A stretch of DNA of 64,000 nt from Octopus sinensis (lineage: Eukaryota): NCBI RefSeq assembly GCF_006345805.1, contig NC_042997.1, positions 176,080,001-176,144,000 on the forward strand, written 5' to 3'. The position numbers and the translations under genes are program-made. Of the stretch, positions 11,553 to 24,673 are shown piece after piece (positions within the stretch are counted from its first letter, which is position 1; each line of letters opens with the position of its first letter). Below the pieces are notes generated by a model. The model was given only the letters and a program-made list of their open reading frames with translations. It was not told the DNA's origin and ran no database searches.

Positions 11553-12570
11553 ATAATAATAATGAAATTATTGTAAACAGTGCTCAGGTGCACCACAACT
11601 TATCAAAAGTGTGTATAAAGCATATGCAGTAATGTACAAATGTCTGGAAAGTGAACAGTGTATGAGTCAGATACATGCTTGCATGTGTATGGAGGGGAGA
11701 AAATCAGGTGTAGTGTTGCCGAATCTCAGGAAGCATGAAAGTTTTGAAGGATGCAGTGCTCTGACAAACTAACAACTGATGCCGGTAGTTTGTTCCATAC
11801 TTCAGCAACTCATAGAGTGAAAAAATGTTTCCAAAAGTCATGGGCGCTGTTCTGTTTTCTGACTTTGTAAACATGTCCACGGGTGTTAGACAGGTGGAGT
11901 TTGAAAAGGTGCTCAGAGTTATTGTTAGTAAGATGGTTAATAATTTTATGGGTGTCTGCCAAGTCAGCTGCCAGACGTCAGAGTTTCAATGTGTCCACAC
12001 CCAGGGAAGTAAGGCGTTTAGAATATGGCAAATGCCTGATGGAGGGTATTCTCTTGGTTGCACGTCGCTGAACGACTTCCAGACGATTAATATCCTGGGC
12101 AAGATAGGGGTTCCAGACCGGTGATGCAAATTCTAAGTGAGGCCACACCATAGCTATATAAAGCCTTGGATAGATAACCAGAGAGTGGCTCACAAAGGAC
12201 TTGGTAAGTGATGCCAAGACACCCTCAGCCTTCTTGGCAATTTTAGCAATGTGTTTTGTCCAACGTAAATTGCTGTCGACAATAATGCCCAGGTCACATT
12301 CACAAGACTTTTTGAGATTAATGTTGTGGGGGGAGTAAGTAGACACTGGGTTTTTCCTCCCAAAATGCATGGTGGTACATTTGTCCACAGCCAGCTTGGG
12401 TTGCTAGTCCATGATCCACTGCTGCATTGTGTCCAGGTCTGATTGCAATAAAGATCTATAGTGTACAGGATCTGTCCTCTTTATTTCGAGGTACAGCTTG
12501 ATGTCATCTGCATGTTTCAGCACTGGCATTCTTTAAGTTGGCATCTATGTCATTAACATATGCAACAAAT
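11553..12570 (-). mobile_element. CR1-clade LINE, 5'-truncated (RT C-terminal half and 3' end)
   Basis: Minus-strand ORF pieces include KCTTMHFGRKNP, HLEFASPVWNPYLAQDINRLEVVQRRATKRIP and a degenerate KHADDIKLY. Ends in an (ATT)n tail. Confidence 0.9.
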
Positions 12571-12810
12571 AAATGTTTGGCTATACTGTTCAAGATAGTG
12601 CGCTGCATAGCCACAATTAAATTATTGAAATAAGTAAAATATAAAAGATAAAAGGATAAATTCTTCTATAAATTTTTTCAAGAACCCATTTAAACTCATT
12701 AATATAGATAAGCCACAATAATGTACAGTTGAATGTTGTTTAAACCCAAAGTATTAAATTATGCTAACTAACTTTTATGTCTTCATTTTCCAATTATTTT
12801 TCTATTTCAG

Positions 12811-12914
12811 TGGACGATCTTAACGTAAATGACGGATCTGCTGAAAAACCATATTTTATGTCAAAGCAGCTTATGTCAATTTTAGGGAAAAATAACAAAG
12901 ACACGGACAAATGA
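12811..12914 (+). CDS. SLC44A2: Choline transporter-like protein, last coding exon
   Basis: Acceptor tctatttcag. Encodes (L)DDLNVNDGSAEKPYFMSKQLMSILGKNNKDTDK*, homologous to EDLERNDGSAERPYFMS of SLC44A2/4. Paralog assignment (A2 versus A4) cannot be resolved here. Confidence 0.96.
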
Positions 12915-15437
12915 GCACTTTTAAAACCATTCTGAAATGTTTGAAAGCTGTTTTTTTTTTTTCTCCCTAGCAATGACTTTCTATAATCTATCTTAAGCTT
13001 TATGTACCATGGTGATATATAATTATCTATTTGAAAATAATTATCCTAAATAATAACTACAAATTTAATACTTTTTTCTAATCATTATTGATGTCATTTA
13101 GTATATTTTTTTATTTCACTACAGTTTCTAATAACATTCAAAATTAGATTTATTATGTTTTACTGATGTTACAGTAATTATTATCTAAAGGTTCTGGTAA
13201 TCTACTTAAAGACACATTACATTTTTGTCAATAACTACTGGTAACTCAAGTATTTTATACTACAACCAATAATACTTTTTGTTTTCTACTTTATTTTCAC
13301 CTAAATATCTTCAATGTTCTACCTTTATGAATGATTAAATTGTGTAAAAATTACTGTGTAAAACTTAATGAATTTACAACAGAGAATATGTAGCACCAAA
13401 AGTGATTGTCAGTAATGAAAAAGTATTGAGAATAATTTAAGTCAAAACAATGACTCTTTCGTTTGTTTATGAGTAAATAATTACTGGAAATCATTTAACT
13501 ACTTAAGACATTTAGCTAAACAAAAGTAAACCTCATGACTTGCTGCATAATGTGATACTGTATTATTTGAAATGTTAACTACTTTATAAAGACAAAGATC
13601 TAAGAATTATTCCCAAATTTAATACTTAAAGTTTTGACAATATGTTGAATTTAGTGAGGATATTGTATTAGTTCCATATTACAAGGCTGTGAGCTATATT
13701 ATGATTGGTATTTCCTGTCAGTTCTGTCACTACCATTTTATAAACTATCCAGTATTTAGAAAAAAAAAAGTAATGATCTTGATTTCATCTGAATTCACTT
13801 GTTGCCTTTGCCAAAAAACTGTTGTTCAACTGAAAAATTCACTTAACTTTTGTTTATAAAGTTATTATGCAAAATATAAAATGTATTGTGGTTATGTGAG
13901 GTGTCTTATTTTCATGTAAATGTAGTTTAGCCAATGAAATTGGCTATGGAGACAGCTAAATTATGGTCTTAATGTCTAGTTCCACAAGATACTTCTTTAA
14001 ACATATAATGGGACAAAGGAAGAGTGTTGGTTTAAGTGTCAAGTGCTAAGTATCGTAGTTTACTTAGTGGTCTTGAGTTCAATCTGTGTATCAGTCAAAC
14101 TAAATACACTCTGGTTCAAACAGATAAGCTAGTGACCTCATGAGTAGGAGAACAGCCAAACAGAATATCCTTAGGACAATAGAATGACACCAATCTATCC
14201 CTAAAGGGCTCAAAATTACTAGAACATTACTGAATGTAAAAGTCACTTAAAGAAAACCACAGGAAACAGCTAAAATATGACTGTAACAGCCATGAGGGAG
14301 GACACTAATTCAAATACATCAGTGCATAGTAACCCTTGGGGTGTTGGATAATCTCCAAAACCTTTATCTTAATGTTGCACTGGAGTTTTTTTTCTCTTAG
14401 CTAGTAAGAGATTTGAACTCAGCGGTGCAGATTAATAAAGTACTTGCCAATTATACAGTGATCTGTATACAGAAGGGAACTGTGCTTCTCTGGTGTATCT
14501 AATTACAGGTAGATGTACAGTGACTTAATAGCTTAACATCTACGCAAAATTTATAGTTCATCACCTGTGATGAGGAAACAAATTTACAATCTTTTCACTT
14601 GACTAAGACTCTCATAAGAGGGAATGATCCTTGATTTTAGTTTTCCCTAAATCATTTTAAAATACATAACGTTGGGGGTTTGGTGATAAAAGCATCTATG
14701 CAATTGCTCATCTTACTATAAATAGCAATCAAATCTCCCTCAAATCACATCCTACCATCTTACAAAAAGGAGATACTGGACAGTATAGTCCCTGATATAC
14801 AAAAAAAGAAAAAGAAACTAGTCGGTCATTGCTGAGATATCTTTCAGCATAGATCTACTGAATCAGACTTATCTGAGGCAAACAACAGCTAAAGATCCAA
14901 GAATCAGGAACATTCACACACATTAAAAAATTGGATCCTTTTAAGACAATTTCATAATTTCTAACTTTTTATCTTTTGTGATAGAGAAATTATGAAATCA
15001 ATCCTATTTTTTGAGAGAGAATTAAATTTTAATTCATTTTTCGTTAGCATATAAGCCGAGTCTCCACTTCCTTACATATCCATTTCGCAAAAAAAAAAAA
15101 ATTCTTGAAATATTTAAAGTTATTTTTTAGATTTCTTGCTTTTAAAAATTGTTTCATTTAAATAATGTTACTTGATACATGATGTGGCAAAGTACCTAAT
15201 TATGAGATAATAAAATTCATTCATTCATCTGTAAAGGGATCATAAAACATTGTTTTTAACATTTCACTTAGAATCATTGATATAATCATTGTTATATGTG
15301 CCTTTATACATATATATGTATATATGTCAGTGTGTGTGTGCTCATGTGTATATTACCCTTATCCTAATCTTTATTTTTGGATTAGAAATTAAGCTTTTTA
15401 TGGTTATCAATTTGTGTTGCAAGATTCCTGATGTGAA

Positions 15438-16210
15438 ATTGTGTATTGAAACCAATATTGTTGTATTTCAAGATGGTCATTTTTTTCTTTTTCTTTTGCC
15501 AAATAAACACTCACACTGTATATTTTTTCCTTCATTCATTTATTACTGTACTTATTTTATTATTTTATTATTTTAATTCATGTCCATTGTCCAGAAATAT
15601 TTTGTTACACATCTGTGACCTCTTCAGCAACACTTCTCATTTTCATGTGTGTTCTTGCTTCACTTACTCCATTCTGTTCTTCTAAGGCATGTATCCTTAT
15701 GTGTGCGTGTGTTTGTCTCCTTCTTTGTGTGTGTGTATGCCTGAGTGTGTGTCATAGTTTTTAGCAGCAGTGTGGTCTTCCCCTCAGCAGTCCCATCCTC
15801 TCACCTCATGTTGCTGCTGTTCTAAGACCGAAAAGTATTTTTCAGGTTTTAGGACAGCAACACCACAATGGGGCAAAGAGGATGGGGCTGCTGATGGGAA
15901 GGCCACACTGCTGCTAAAAACTATGACACCATACACACACACACACACACACACATGAACAAGGACACAAACATATGTGCACATGAGGATACACACCTTA
16001 GAAGAACAGAATGGAGTAAGTGGAGCAAGAAACACACATTAAAATGAGAAGTGTCTCTGAAGAGATAACAGATGTGTGACAAAAGATTTCTAGACAATGG
16101 ACATGAATTAAAATGATAAATGAGTGAAAAAAATATACATAGTGTGTGTGTTTATTTGAAAAAAAAAAATGACCATCCCAAAATACAACAAATTTGCTTT
16201 GTGTACAATT
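15438..16210. repeat. ~770-bp imperfect palindrome (fold-back/MITE-like element)
   Basis: The two arms are reverse complements that continue to a 4-nt centre (gaaaa-gtat-ttttc, 15830-15843). Long matching blocks include cttactccattctgttcttctaagg / ccttagaagaacagaatggagtaag. Confidence 0.9.
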
Positions 16211-18960
16211 CCTAATATTCTAACTAAGAATTGTTATTTTTTTACATCTGTTTTAATTAACTATCAATTTTTAGTTTGCATTATTTTGTTATTCTCCATG
16301 TTAAAAAGATAGGGTGGGGATCACTTAAGTGACATTTCCTCTCACCTAGTTGAGTAGTGATTTCTAATTGTAATTTGAGAATTAAACTTCATAGGAAACC
16401 TAGTTTAATGCTAATTTTGTCCTATGTTGGCATAAAATTAGGGAGTTGTTAAAATAATAATTTAACCTAAACTTGAATTTCAAATGTTGTTCCCACCCTA
16501 CTTTCTAGTCTCTGGTATAATCCAAGAACTGGTAACATATAGAAACTATATGTCTACAATTTTGGAATAGGCTTTTAGAATGTAGGCTGTTGGTTGTTAT
16601 TCCTGATTTGCTGAACCATTTCCTACTTGAAAAGGATGTAAATGTTACTTGTATCCAAAAACATTTAAGATTTGACACTGTACATTTAATTTTCTAAATT
16701 TTACTTTTCAATGTTTTTGGATATCTTATGTTCATAATTTTCTGAAAAAGTTATTTGAAAGATTAAAATATATTATATTAAGCTTCATCTTTTGATCATT
16801 TAATATATCTAGCTGCATATATTATGAATAGCATTAGGAATATAAACAAGAAAATCTTTAATATGTCCTTGTGTGCATATTTTAAATATAAATCTATAAT
16901 TAGCAAAATCATTCTCTAAAGAGTTATATATGAATCTCTATTTGAAAGAATTGAAAAGTGTTATCCCCCAGTTAAATTGTATTTAACATGCTATCAAATA
17001 GAAGTGTGATAATGTATATATTTATATATGATGTATTTTTGTAATTTAAAACAATATATATATACGTGTATCTTTTGAGAGAATGATTCCAAGGAATGAG
17101 ACGTGTAAACTGTACATTAATCTGAGCTTTGCTACACATAACAAGACCTGTAAATGCTACAGTTAAACAATTATCATACAGAAGATTTTAAACTGTGAAA
17201 GACTTTTTGCATTTCTAGTTTAATGACAGCCATATTTGAATGATAAACAATTACAAAAAAATTACATTTTCTAAACTTGCATTTTAGTTTATTTTCCTTC
17301 AAATTTGAATAATTTCATGAATTGTGTGATAGAAATTCCTTTTCATATCTTATATAGCATAGTGAAAGTTTTTTTTTTTTTTTCCACTCTGAGCTAAAGA
17401 ATAGATAAACTGGAGATAATTCAAACCCGTCCAACAGAAGGTATTTTCCTGCTCCTTCTGTTTACTTTTTGCTATATAATGTTGAAATAAAATAATACTT
17501 TGGAGTATATCAATCATTATTGTCTGTCTCCCTCTTTCTCTCTCTCATGAATTAAAACTATTTTTTTATCAAAAACTTTTCCTCTTATACTTTTTTTGTT
17601 TGAAAATTTTACTAATTTTTGTGTTTACGATTGGTATCCATTATTTTAATAAAATAAAATTTTAGTGTGAATATTAATCGTTTGTGTCATTTTTTTCTTA
17701 AAATTTCATGTGTTTGAGGATGGTTTATCAGTCATTCCCCACCCTCATCCAAAAGAAATAATTGCATTTATGCCAAAACTAAAACAAAGAAGATTATATA
17801 TTGACAAAAAAGACACTCTTTTGTTGAGACATTACATTCTTTAAAACTTCCATGCTTCCTGAAATTCACCAACAATACACCTGATGTCACCCTCCCTAAT
17901 TTTTTTTTAAGACTTATTCTACTGTACACTTCCTGAGCAATTTCTATGTAACTGCTCATGCAGTTATTGGTTACTTTTTTCTGATGACTTGTGGTGCACT
18001 TGAGTACTGTATAAAATAAGCTCATTATTTTTTTTAAAAGCAATTGAGCTAGCTTGAAGATGTGATGAGAATTAGCTTCAACCCCTGTGTTCTGAGTTCA
18101 TAGTCAACTTTGCTGTTCATCCTTTTGAGGTTGTTAAAATAAGTTACTGACATGTAACAGTATTGATTTAATGCAACTATATCCATCTTCTTTAACAGAG
18201 ATTCTCACTGTGCTAGTGGCACTGCCCCACAACAGAGTGCTGGGCATGTCAAAGAGGGAGTTAGGCTTTAGAAGGTGATGAGGAAGCAGTGAGGTAACAT
18301 AATTAACATACTAGATTTTTGATAAAACTAATAGCAGTTATTAAAATAAAATGGGATCTCATCAGGCACAAAGAAGTCATTTACTTGCAATTCTTTTCTT
18401 TCTTTCTTTTATTCTTTTACTTGTTTCAGTCATTTGACTGTGGCCATGCTGGAGCACTGCCTTTAGTCGAGCAAATCGACCCCAGGACTTATTCTTTGTA
18501 AGCCTAGTACTTATTCTATTGGTTTTTTGCCAAACCGCTAAGTTACGGAGACGTAAACACACCAGCATCGGTTGTCAAGTGATGTTGGCAGGACAAACAC
18601 AGACATACAAACATATACATACACACACACACACACATATATATGATGGGATTCTTTCAGTTTCCATCTACCAAATCCACTCACAAGGCTTTGGCTGGCT
18701 CGAGGCTATAGTAGAAGACACTTACCCAAGGTGCCATGCTGTGGGACTGAACCCAGAACCATGAGGTTCATAAGCAAGCTACTTACTACACAGCCACTCC
18801 TACATATACATATATATATTTTTTAATTATTATTAACCAGGAGAAAGATAATAAGCTGGCAGAATTATTAACATGCTGGACACAAATGCTTAGTGGCATT
18901 TTGTCTATCTTTATGTTCTGTGTTCAAGTTCCACTGAGATTGATTTTCATCCTTTCATCC

Positions 18961-19652
18961 TGCTAAAATTGCCAAGAAGGCTGAGGGTGTCTTGGCATCA
19001 CTCACCAAGTCCTTTGTGAGCCGCTTTCCAGCTATCTATCTGCAGCTTAATATAGCTATGGTGCGACCTCACCTGGAATTTGCATCACTGATCTGGAACC
19101 CCTATCTTGCCCAGGATATTAATCGTCTGGAAACTGTTCAGTGACATGCAACCAAGAGAATACACTCCATCTGGCATTTGCCATATTCTGAACGCCTTAC
19201 TTCTCTGGGCATGGATACATTGAAACTCCAACGACTGGCAGCTGACTTGACAGACACCCATAAAATTATTAACCATCTTACAAACAATAACTGAGTACCT
19301 TTTCAAACTCCACCTGTCTAACACCCATGAACATGTCTACAAAGTCAGAAAACAGCACTGCGCCCATGACTTTCAGAAACATTTTTTCACGCTAAGAGTT
19401 GCTGAAGCATGGAACAAACTGCTGGCATCAGTTGTTAGTTGTCAGAGCACTGCATCCTTCAAAACTTCCATGCTTCCTGAGATTCACCAACACTGTACCT
19501 GATTTTCTCCCTTCCATACACACGCAAGCATGTATCTGACTCATACACTGTTCACTTTCCAGACATTTGTACATTACTGCATATGCTTTATACGCACTTT
19601 TGACAAGTTGTGGTGCACCTGAGCACTGTATACAATAATTTCATTATTATTT
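18961..19652 (+). mobile_element. CR1-clade LINE, 5'-truncated
   Basis: Close match to the reverse complement of 11553-12245, with an (ATT)n tail. Smaller pieces at ~17770-18035(+) and 20710-20925(-). Confidence 0.9.
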
Positions 19653-21839
19653 TTTTTTTTTTATCTTGATGAAATAAGTACCGTTTGAGTGCTGGGGTCA
19701 ATGTAAATGACTATCCTCCTCTCCTAAATTTAAGGCCTTGTGCCTTTAGTAGAAAGGATTACTAATTAGTAGAAGTTACAGAATGACTCTGGGACTGAGA
19801 GTTCCATACACTAGCACTATTCAAACGTTAGTGTATAAATATCTGTTCCTCTACTAAATAAAAGAATTTTTATAATAGCAATTACAGAAAGGTTAGTTAT
19901 AGGTGCTGGTGGATTTAGTTCCATTGTATAGCACTATGGGCAAGTGTCATCTTGTTTTGCCCCTGGCCGATAACTGCCTTGTGAGTGGATTTGGTCAGTG
20001 GAAACTGAAAGAAACCCATTGTATATGTGTTTGTGCGTGTATCTCCCACCACCGTTTGACAACCAATGTTGATTTTATTTACGTTCTCGGAACCTAGAAG
20101 CTCGGCAAAAGGAGCCCGATAGAATAAGTACTAGGCTTAACTAGAAAATAAGTACAGGAGTCAATTTCTTCGACTACACTCTTCAAGGCCCAGTATGGCT
20201 AATGACAAGTAAGATCAAGTGCTTGAAATATATAACAGGGGACATTACTTTTGAATATCTACATATTTTTTTTTAAATAGACAATTTTTGTTGTTACTGA
20301 CCTAATTTCAATTATTACAGCTGGGTATGGTCTGAGCAAACGCATCTTTCCGTTTTCAGTCCTCTAAAATATATTGGTCATATACTGAACATAAAGAAAA
20401 AAAATTGACTTATAAAATTAAAATTGTAAACTTGATTATTAAGGGGAGGTAATACTTGACAATTAAAAATTCAAAATATTGGCATTGCGTCCCTTTAGTT
20501 GTAAACTGCCACCGCATTTTCTCGTGTTAAACTTCGTTCGTATCTAAATAGATTCAGTCAGAGAGAAAAAAAGTCGTAGCGAACACAATAAATTCTTAAG
20601 ACAATAATTTTCTACATAATGAATTTTTTTCCTTTAGTGCATAAAATCTCGCCAACAAAAGAGCCTTTTACCGAAATCTCCTTTATATCTTCAACGTAGT
20701 CTTTCTTATAATAATAATGAAATTATTGTATATAGTGCTCAGGTGCACCACAACTTGTCAAAAAGTGCGTATAAAGCATATGCAGTAATGTACAAATGTC
20801 TGGAAAGCGAACAGTGTATGAGTCAGATACATGCTTGCGTGTGTATGGAGGGGAGAAAATCAGGTGTAGTGTTGGTGTATCTCAGGAAGCATGAAAGTTT
20901 TGAAGGATGCAGTGCTCTGACAACTAGAAGCATTTGTTCGTTTAAGAGTGATACATTTTCACTGTTTTGAACATCAGATGTTTTTTCAGTTAAATTCTTT
21001 TTAAATGTTAAAAAAAATGATTAATCTCAAACCGATATTTTATAATTGGGTCTAGAGGAGAAAGAACACGAATATTTTCTAACATAACTATTGATTCTCA
21101 AAATTATAAGATTAATGTGTAATTAATAACAAATTTCCCCTTTCTGAAAAACTTAAATTGTTTTTATATCAATTTATTTAGGCTGAAGATATATTTAAAA
21201 TACTAACAAAATATATGCAACAGGAAAATTTAATATTTCTTTACTAGATTCACCTTGGGAGTTGTGGCCATGCTGGGGCACATTTTATTTTACTTATTTA
21301 TTTATCATTTGTGGTGGTTGGCATTTGGAAGGGCATCCAGCTGTAAAAGCCTGCCAAAACTGACCTCGCCTGTGCTGGTACCACATAAAAAGCACTCAGT
21401 CCACCCTATGAGGCGATTGGTGTTAGGAAGGGTATACAGCTATAAAACCCATTGCCAAAACAGATACAGTAGCCTGATGTAGTCTTCTTCTTGGCTGGCT
21501 CCTGTCAAGCTATCCAACCTATGCTTGCATGGAAGGCAGATGTTAAATGACAATGATGATAATGATGATGATGATGGGGGGGTGGCTAGCATATTTAAAA
21601 ATCTGAAGTTTCAGAAAAAAATTATATTACATACATATAAAAGGGATGACCTGTAAGTGGACATCCATTATGCGAGAAGATCCTCTATGGTCTTACCACT
21701 GAGGTGGAGGAGGAGGAAGAGGAGGAGGAGGAGGAGGAGGAGGGGGGTGTGTGGAAGAGGTGGATATGGAGGAAGGGAGGTGTGTAGAGGAGGAGGAAGG
21801 AGGCAACAACGTGACACTTAATGACGTACTTGATATGGC

Positions 21840-22310
21840 ATATAATCAACATAGTGATATTTTTGTTATTTGCCTTCCATGAATTTTTGGATGTGAATTA
21901 ACTGAAAACCTTTTCTGCGGATCTTTTCGGTTTGAACGGCAGGTTTTAACATAATTTCTAGGTAACTAGAAAATTTTAAACTTCGTCACCTGGTAGAATG
22001 TGTTTATAAAACATCTTTTTCTCTTGGCTTTATTGAGAACATTCTATAGTTTGTAAGATATTTGGTCTTTAATTTCTTCAATTTCTGCAATTTCAACCAA
22101 TCACTGGCGTCTATTGAGTTAAAAAGCATTCTGTGCCGTATGAATATGTCCCTCGTTTAAGAAACAGATTGGGTTTATTTACATTTGTGAAGAAAAAAAA
22201 GATACCCTCTCCCCCTAACCCTAACTAGCCCTAAATCTAAAATAGATCGAAATGCAATAGATCGGTTCTAGGGTCATAATTATGGGTGACAATTTCGTAT
22301 GACACCGCTT
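21840..22310. repeat. Unclassified repeat-like segment with a short CCCTAA motif
   Basis: CpG-retaining block containing ccctaaccctaactagccctaa, next to a (GAG)n tract. Only one copy is in the window, so the family assignment is unsupported. Confidence 0.3.
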
Positions 22311-23507
22311 AGTTATATTGCAGTGAGAGTGGCGCTCAGCTTGGATTTTAATTTTTAGTTTCTATAGTTACATAAATTATGTTAGAAGCTAATTATCGAG
22401 TTACTTCCCTTCCTCAAAATACATATTGATCTGCAGTTCCATTGTCATCGTCAACATCTTTGTTTTAACATCCATTTTTCCGTACTTGCATGAGTCAGAT
22501 GGAATTTGTTGAGCTTCAAAGTCATTCAAACAGAGTATAAACTGTACAGCAGCCAGTTACGTTATGTGACTGACTGTTTAGCGTCTTCATCCCATAATAA
22601 AAAAAATTATCCATATTTAGCAAGCCATCATTGTAGAACAGTCTGCTCCAGCTAACAAAAACTATGTGTACTCTTTTGGGACAACAATTATTGATTTTCA
22701 TTGATTTTTTTCCCTCTTTGTCGTCACTTAATTTTATGCAAATATAATGTAATATATGATACGAAAATGATATAGAGAGAACTAAGAATGTCTTGAAGTG
22801 ACTGTTGATGCAAAGGAATTCATCATCATCATCGTTTAACGTCCGCTTTCCATGGTAGCATGGGTTGGGTGATTTTGACTGAAGGCTGGCGAACCAGATG
22901 TCTGCACCAGGCTCCAATCTTGATCTGGCAGAGTTTCTACAGCTGGATGCCCTCCCTAACGCCAACCACTCCGAGAGTGTAGTGGATGCTTTTACGTGCC
23001 ACCGGCACGGGGCCCAGTCAGGCAGTACTGGCAACGACCTCACTCGAATCTTTTTACACATGCCACCAGCACAGGTGCCAGTAAGGCGACGCTGGTAGCG
23101 ATCACGCTCGAATGGTGCCTTTTATGTACCACTGGCATGGAAGCCGTTTAGCCACTCTGTCAACGATCACACTCGTATGGTGCTCTTTGCACCCCGCTAG
23201 CACAGATGCCAGTCATCGAATTTGATTTTGATTATAAAAACATAACAAAAATAAACTCTAAATTTTTTTATGGTTAGTGTCAAGCTTTTGAGTTAACTCC
23301 AAATGCCTGTCACGAACCATATGAAGGTTGTAGAGTATCAAATTCTTTACTGGATGTCAATATTATTCACCTGTGGTAAGAGAGAATAGCTTTAGGTTGA
23401 TGGCTAGAAACAGGTAACCCAGCTCTGTATAAATGTGACACTGACCAAAATCCATCCTGCTTTTTTTTTTTTTTATTCTTATTTTACTTAAGCAGTTGAT
23501 TTGTTTT

Positions 23508-23621
23508 GGTTCTGATGAAGATATCATTGTGAAGGTCGTATGTTTTCAGTCAATCAATCACTCGGTTGATAAAACTGAGCCATAAACACACCCAAATGCA
23601 TATCTGAAACAGCTGTAAGCC
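23508..23621 (+). ncRNA. Type I hammerhead ribozyme motif with an enlarged stem/loop II
   Basis: ggtt-CTGATGA-agatat-[75 nt]-atatct-GAAA-C-AGCT-G-TA-agcc. The core is complete, the stem II base has 6 perfect pairs, and stem I (ggtt/agcc) has one G-U pair. Confidence 0.72.
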
Positions 23622-23736
23622 TATAATAAATAAATAGATGTATATAACTTATTATTTCCATCTATTTTATATGTGTATGTATGTATGTCATTACCCTAAT
23701 TTACTGCCTGTCTCCCATGCAGGCATGGGTATGACC

Positions 23737-24673
23737 TATAATGGAATTGAAGGCTTGTGATACCTGTTGAGTATCTTCTCCCATTATAATTATTTCTGTA
23801 GTCTTGAGGATCTGGAACATGAAGAAGAAGAAGCTTACAAGTGGAATGCAATTCAATAGTCGTTTATTTTTAGTTCTCGTTCATGTGGCTTGCTCCCAGT
23901 GACCATTATTATGGCAGCACGTGGTCTGTTATAGCTCCATTTACATGAGGTTCTGAAGGTTCACTTGAATTCACTGAATTCTAAAGGTTCACTTGAACAA
24001 GAGAAGATATCCTGATGTCGGGCCAGACTGCTATTCTGTAGTTTGGGTGAGGCATCTACAACAAGAAAGCTTGCGGCTGCCGAAATCCTTTTTCCGTCGG
24101 GGTCACCATTTTATAATGAAATTGAAGGCTTGTGATACCTTTGGAGTATCTCCTTCTCGCATTACAATTATTTCTGTACTCTTAGGGATCTGGAACACGA
24201 AGAAGAACCTTACAAGCAGAGTGCAATTCAATAGTCGTTTATTTTTAGTTCTCGTTCATGTGGCTTGCTCCCAGTGCCATCTTTATGGCAGCATGTGGTT
24301 CATTATACTTCATTAATGTGAGGTTCATTACCTCTGGAGACAGGTGAAGTTAGAGCGGGATAAGAGTCTGCTGTGAGCTGCCAGCTTCACGTGTTTCTCA
24401 GTGTAAGGGAGAAGGAAGAAAGAGAAAGAATTCTTAATTCTCCTGCTTAAATTGTTGTTGCCAACGAGAGTCTTACTGTCGTCTCACGCATGGCAAATGG
24501 TTGCAGGCGAGAGTTTGCTCCTGTCTCAGACATGATAATGGCTACCAGCAAGATCTCGTACAAAATGGCACTGGCTTCTTGTGCCTCGCGTCAGACCAAT
24601 ACCATATTTAGAACAAATGATGCTTTGTGCTAGTTAAGTTATGTGACCCCTTACTTGGACAGCCAGGTATACA
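23737..24673 (-). mobile_element. Internally deleted LTR retrotransposon: 5' LTR (~24112-24673), tRNA-Trp PBS, ~140-bp residue and partial 3' LTR (23737-23953)
   Basis: A ~215-bp direct repeat (23737-23953 versus 24112-24326) carries a minus-strand AATAAA. 24095-24108 (cgtcggggtcacca) equals the 3' end of eukaryotic tRNA-Trp and sits 3 nt from the LTR end. Confidence 0.75.

Noticed and set aside
20448-21145. TTAA-GGGG...CCCCT as a Kolobok/piggyBac-like element
   Set aside because: The right end lacks TTAA and the TIR match is too short to support.
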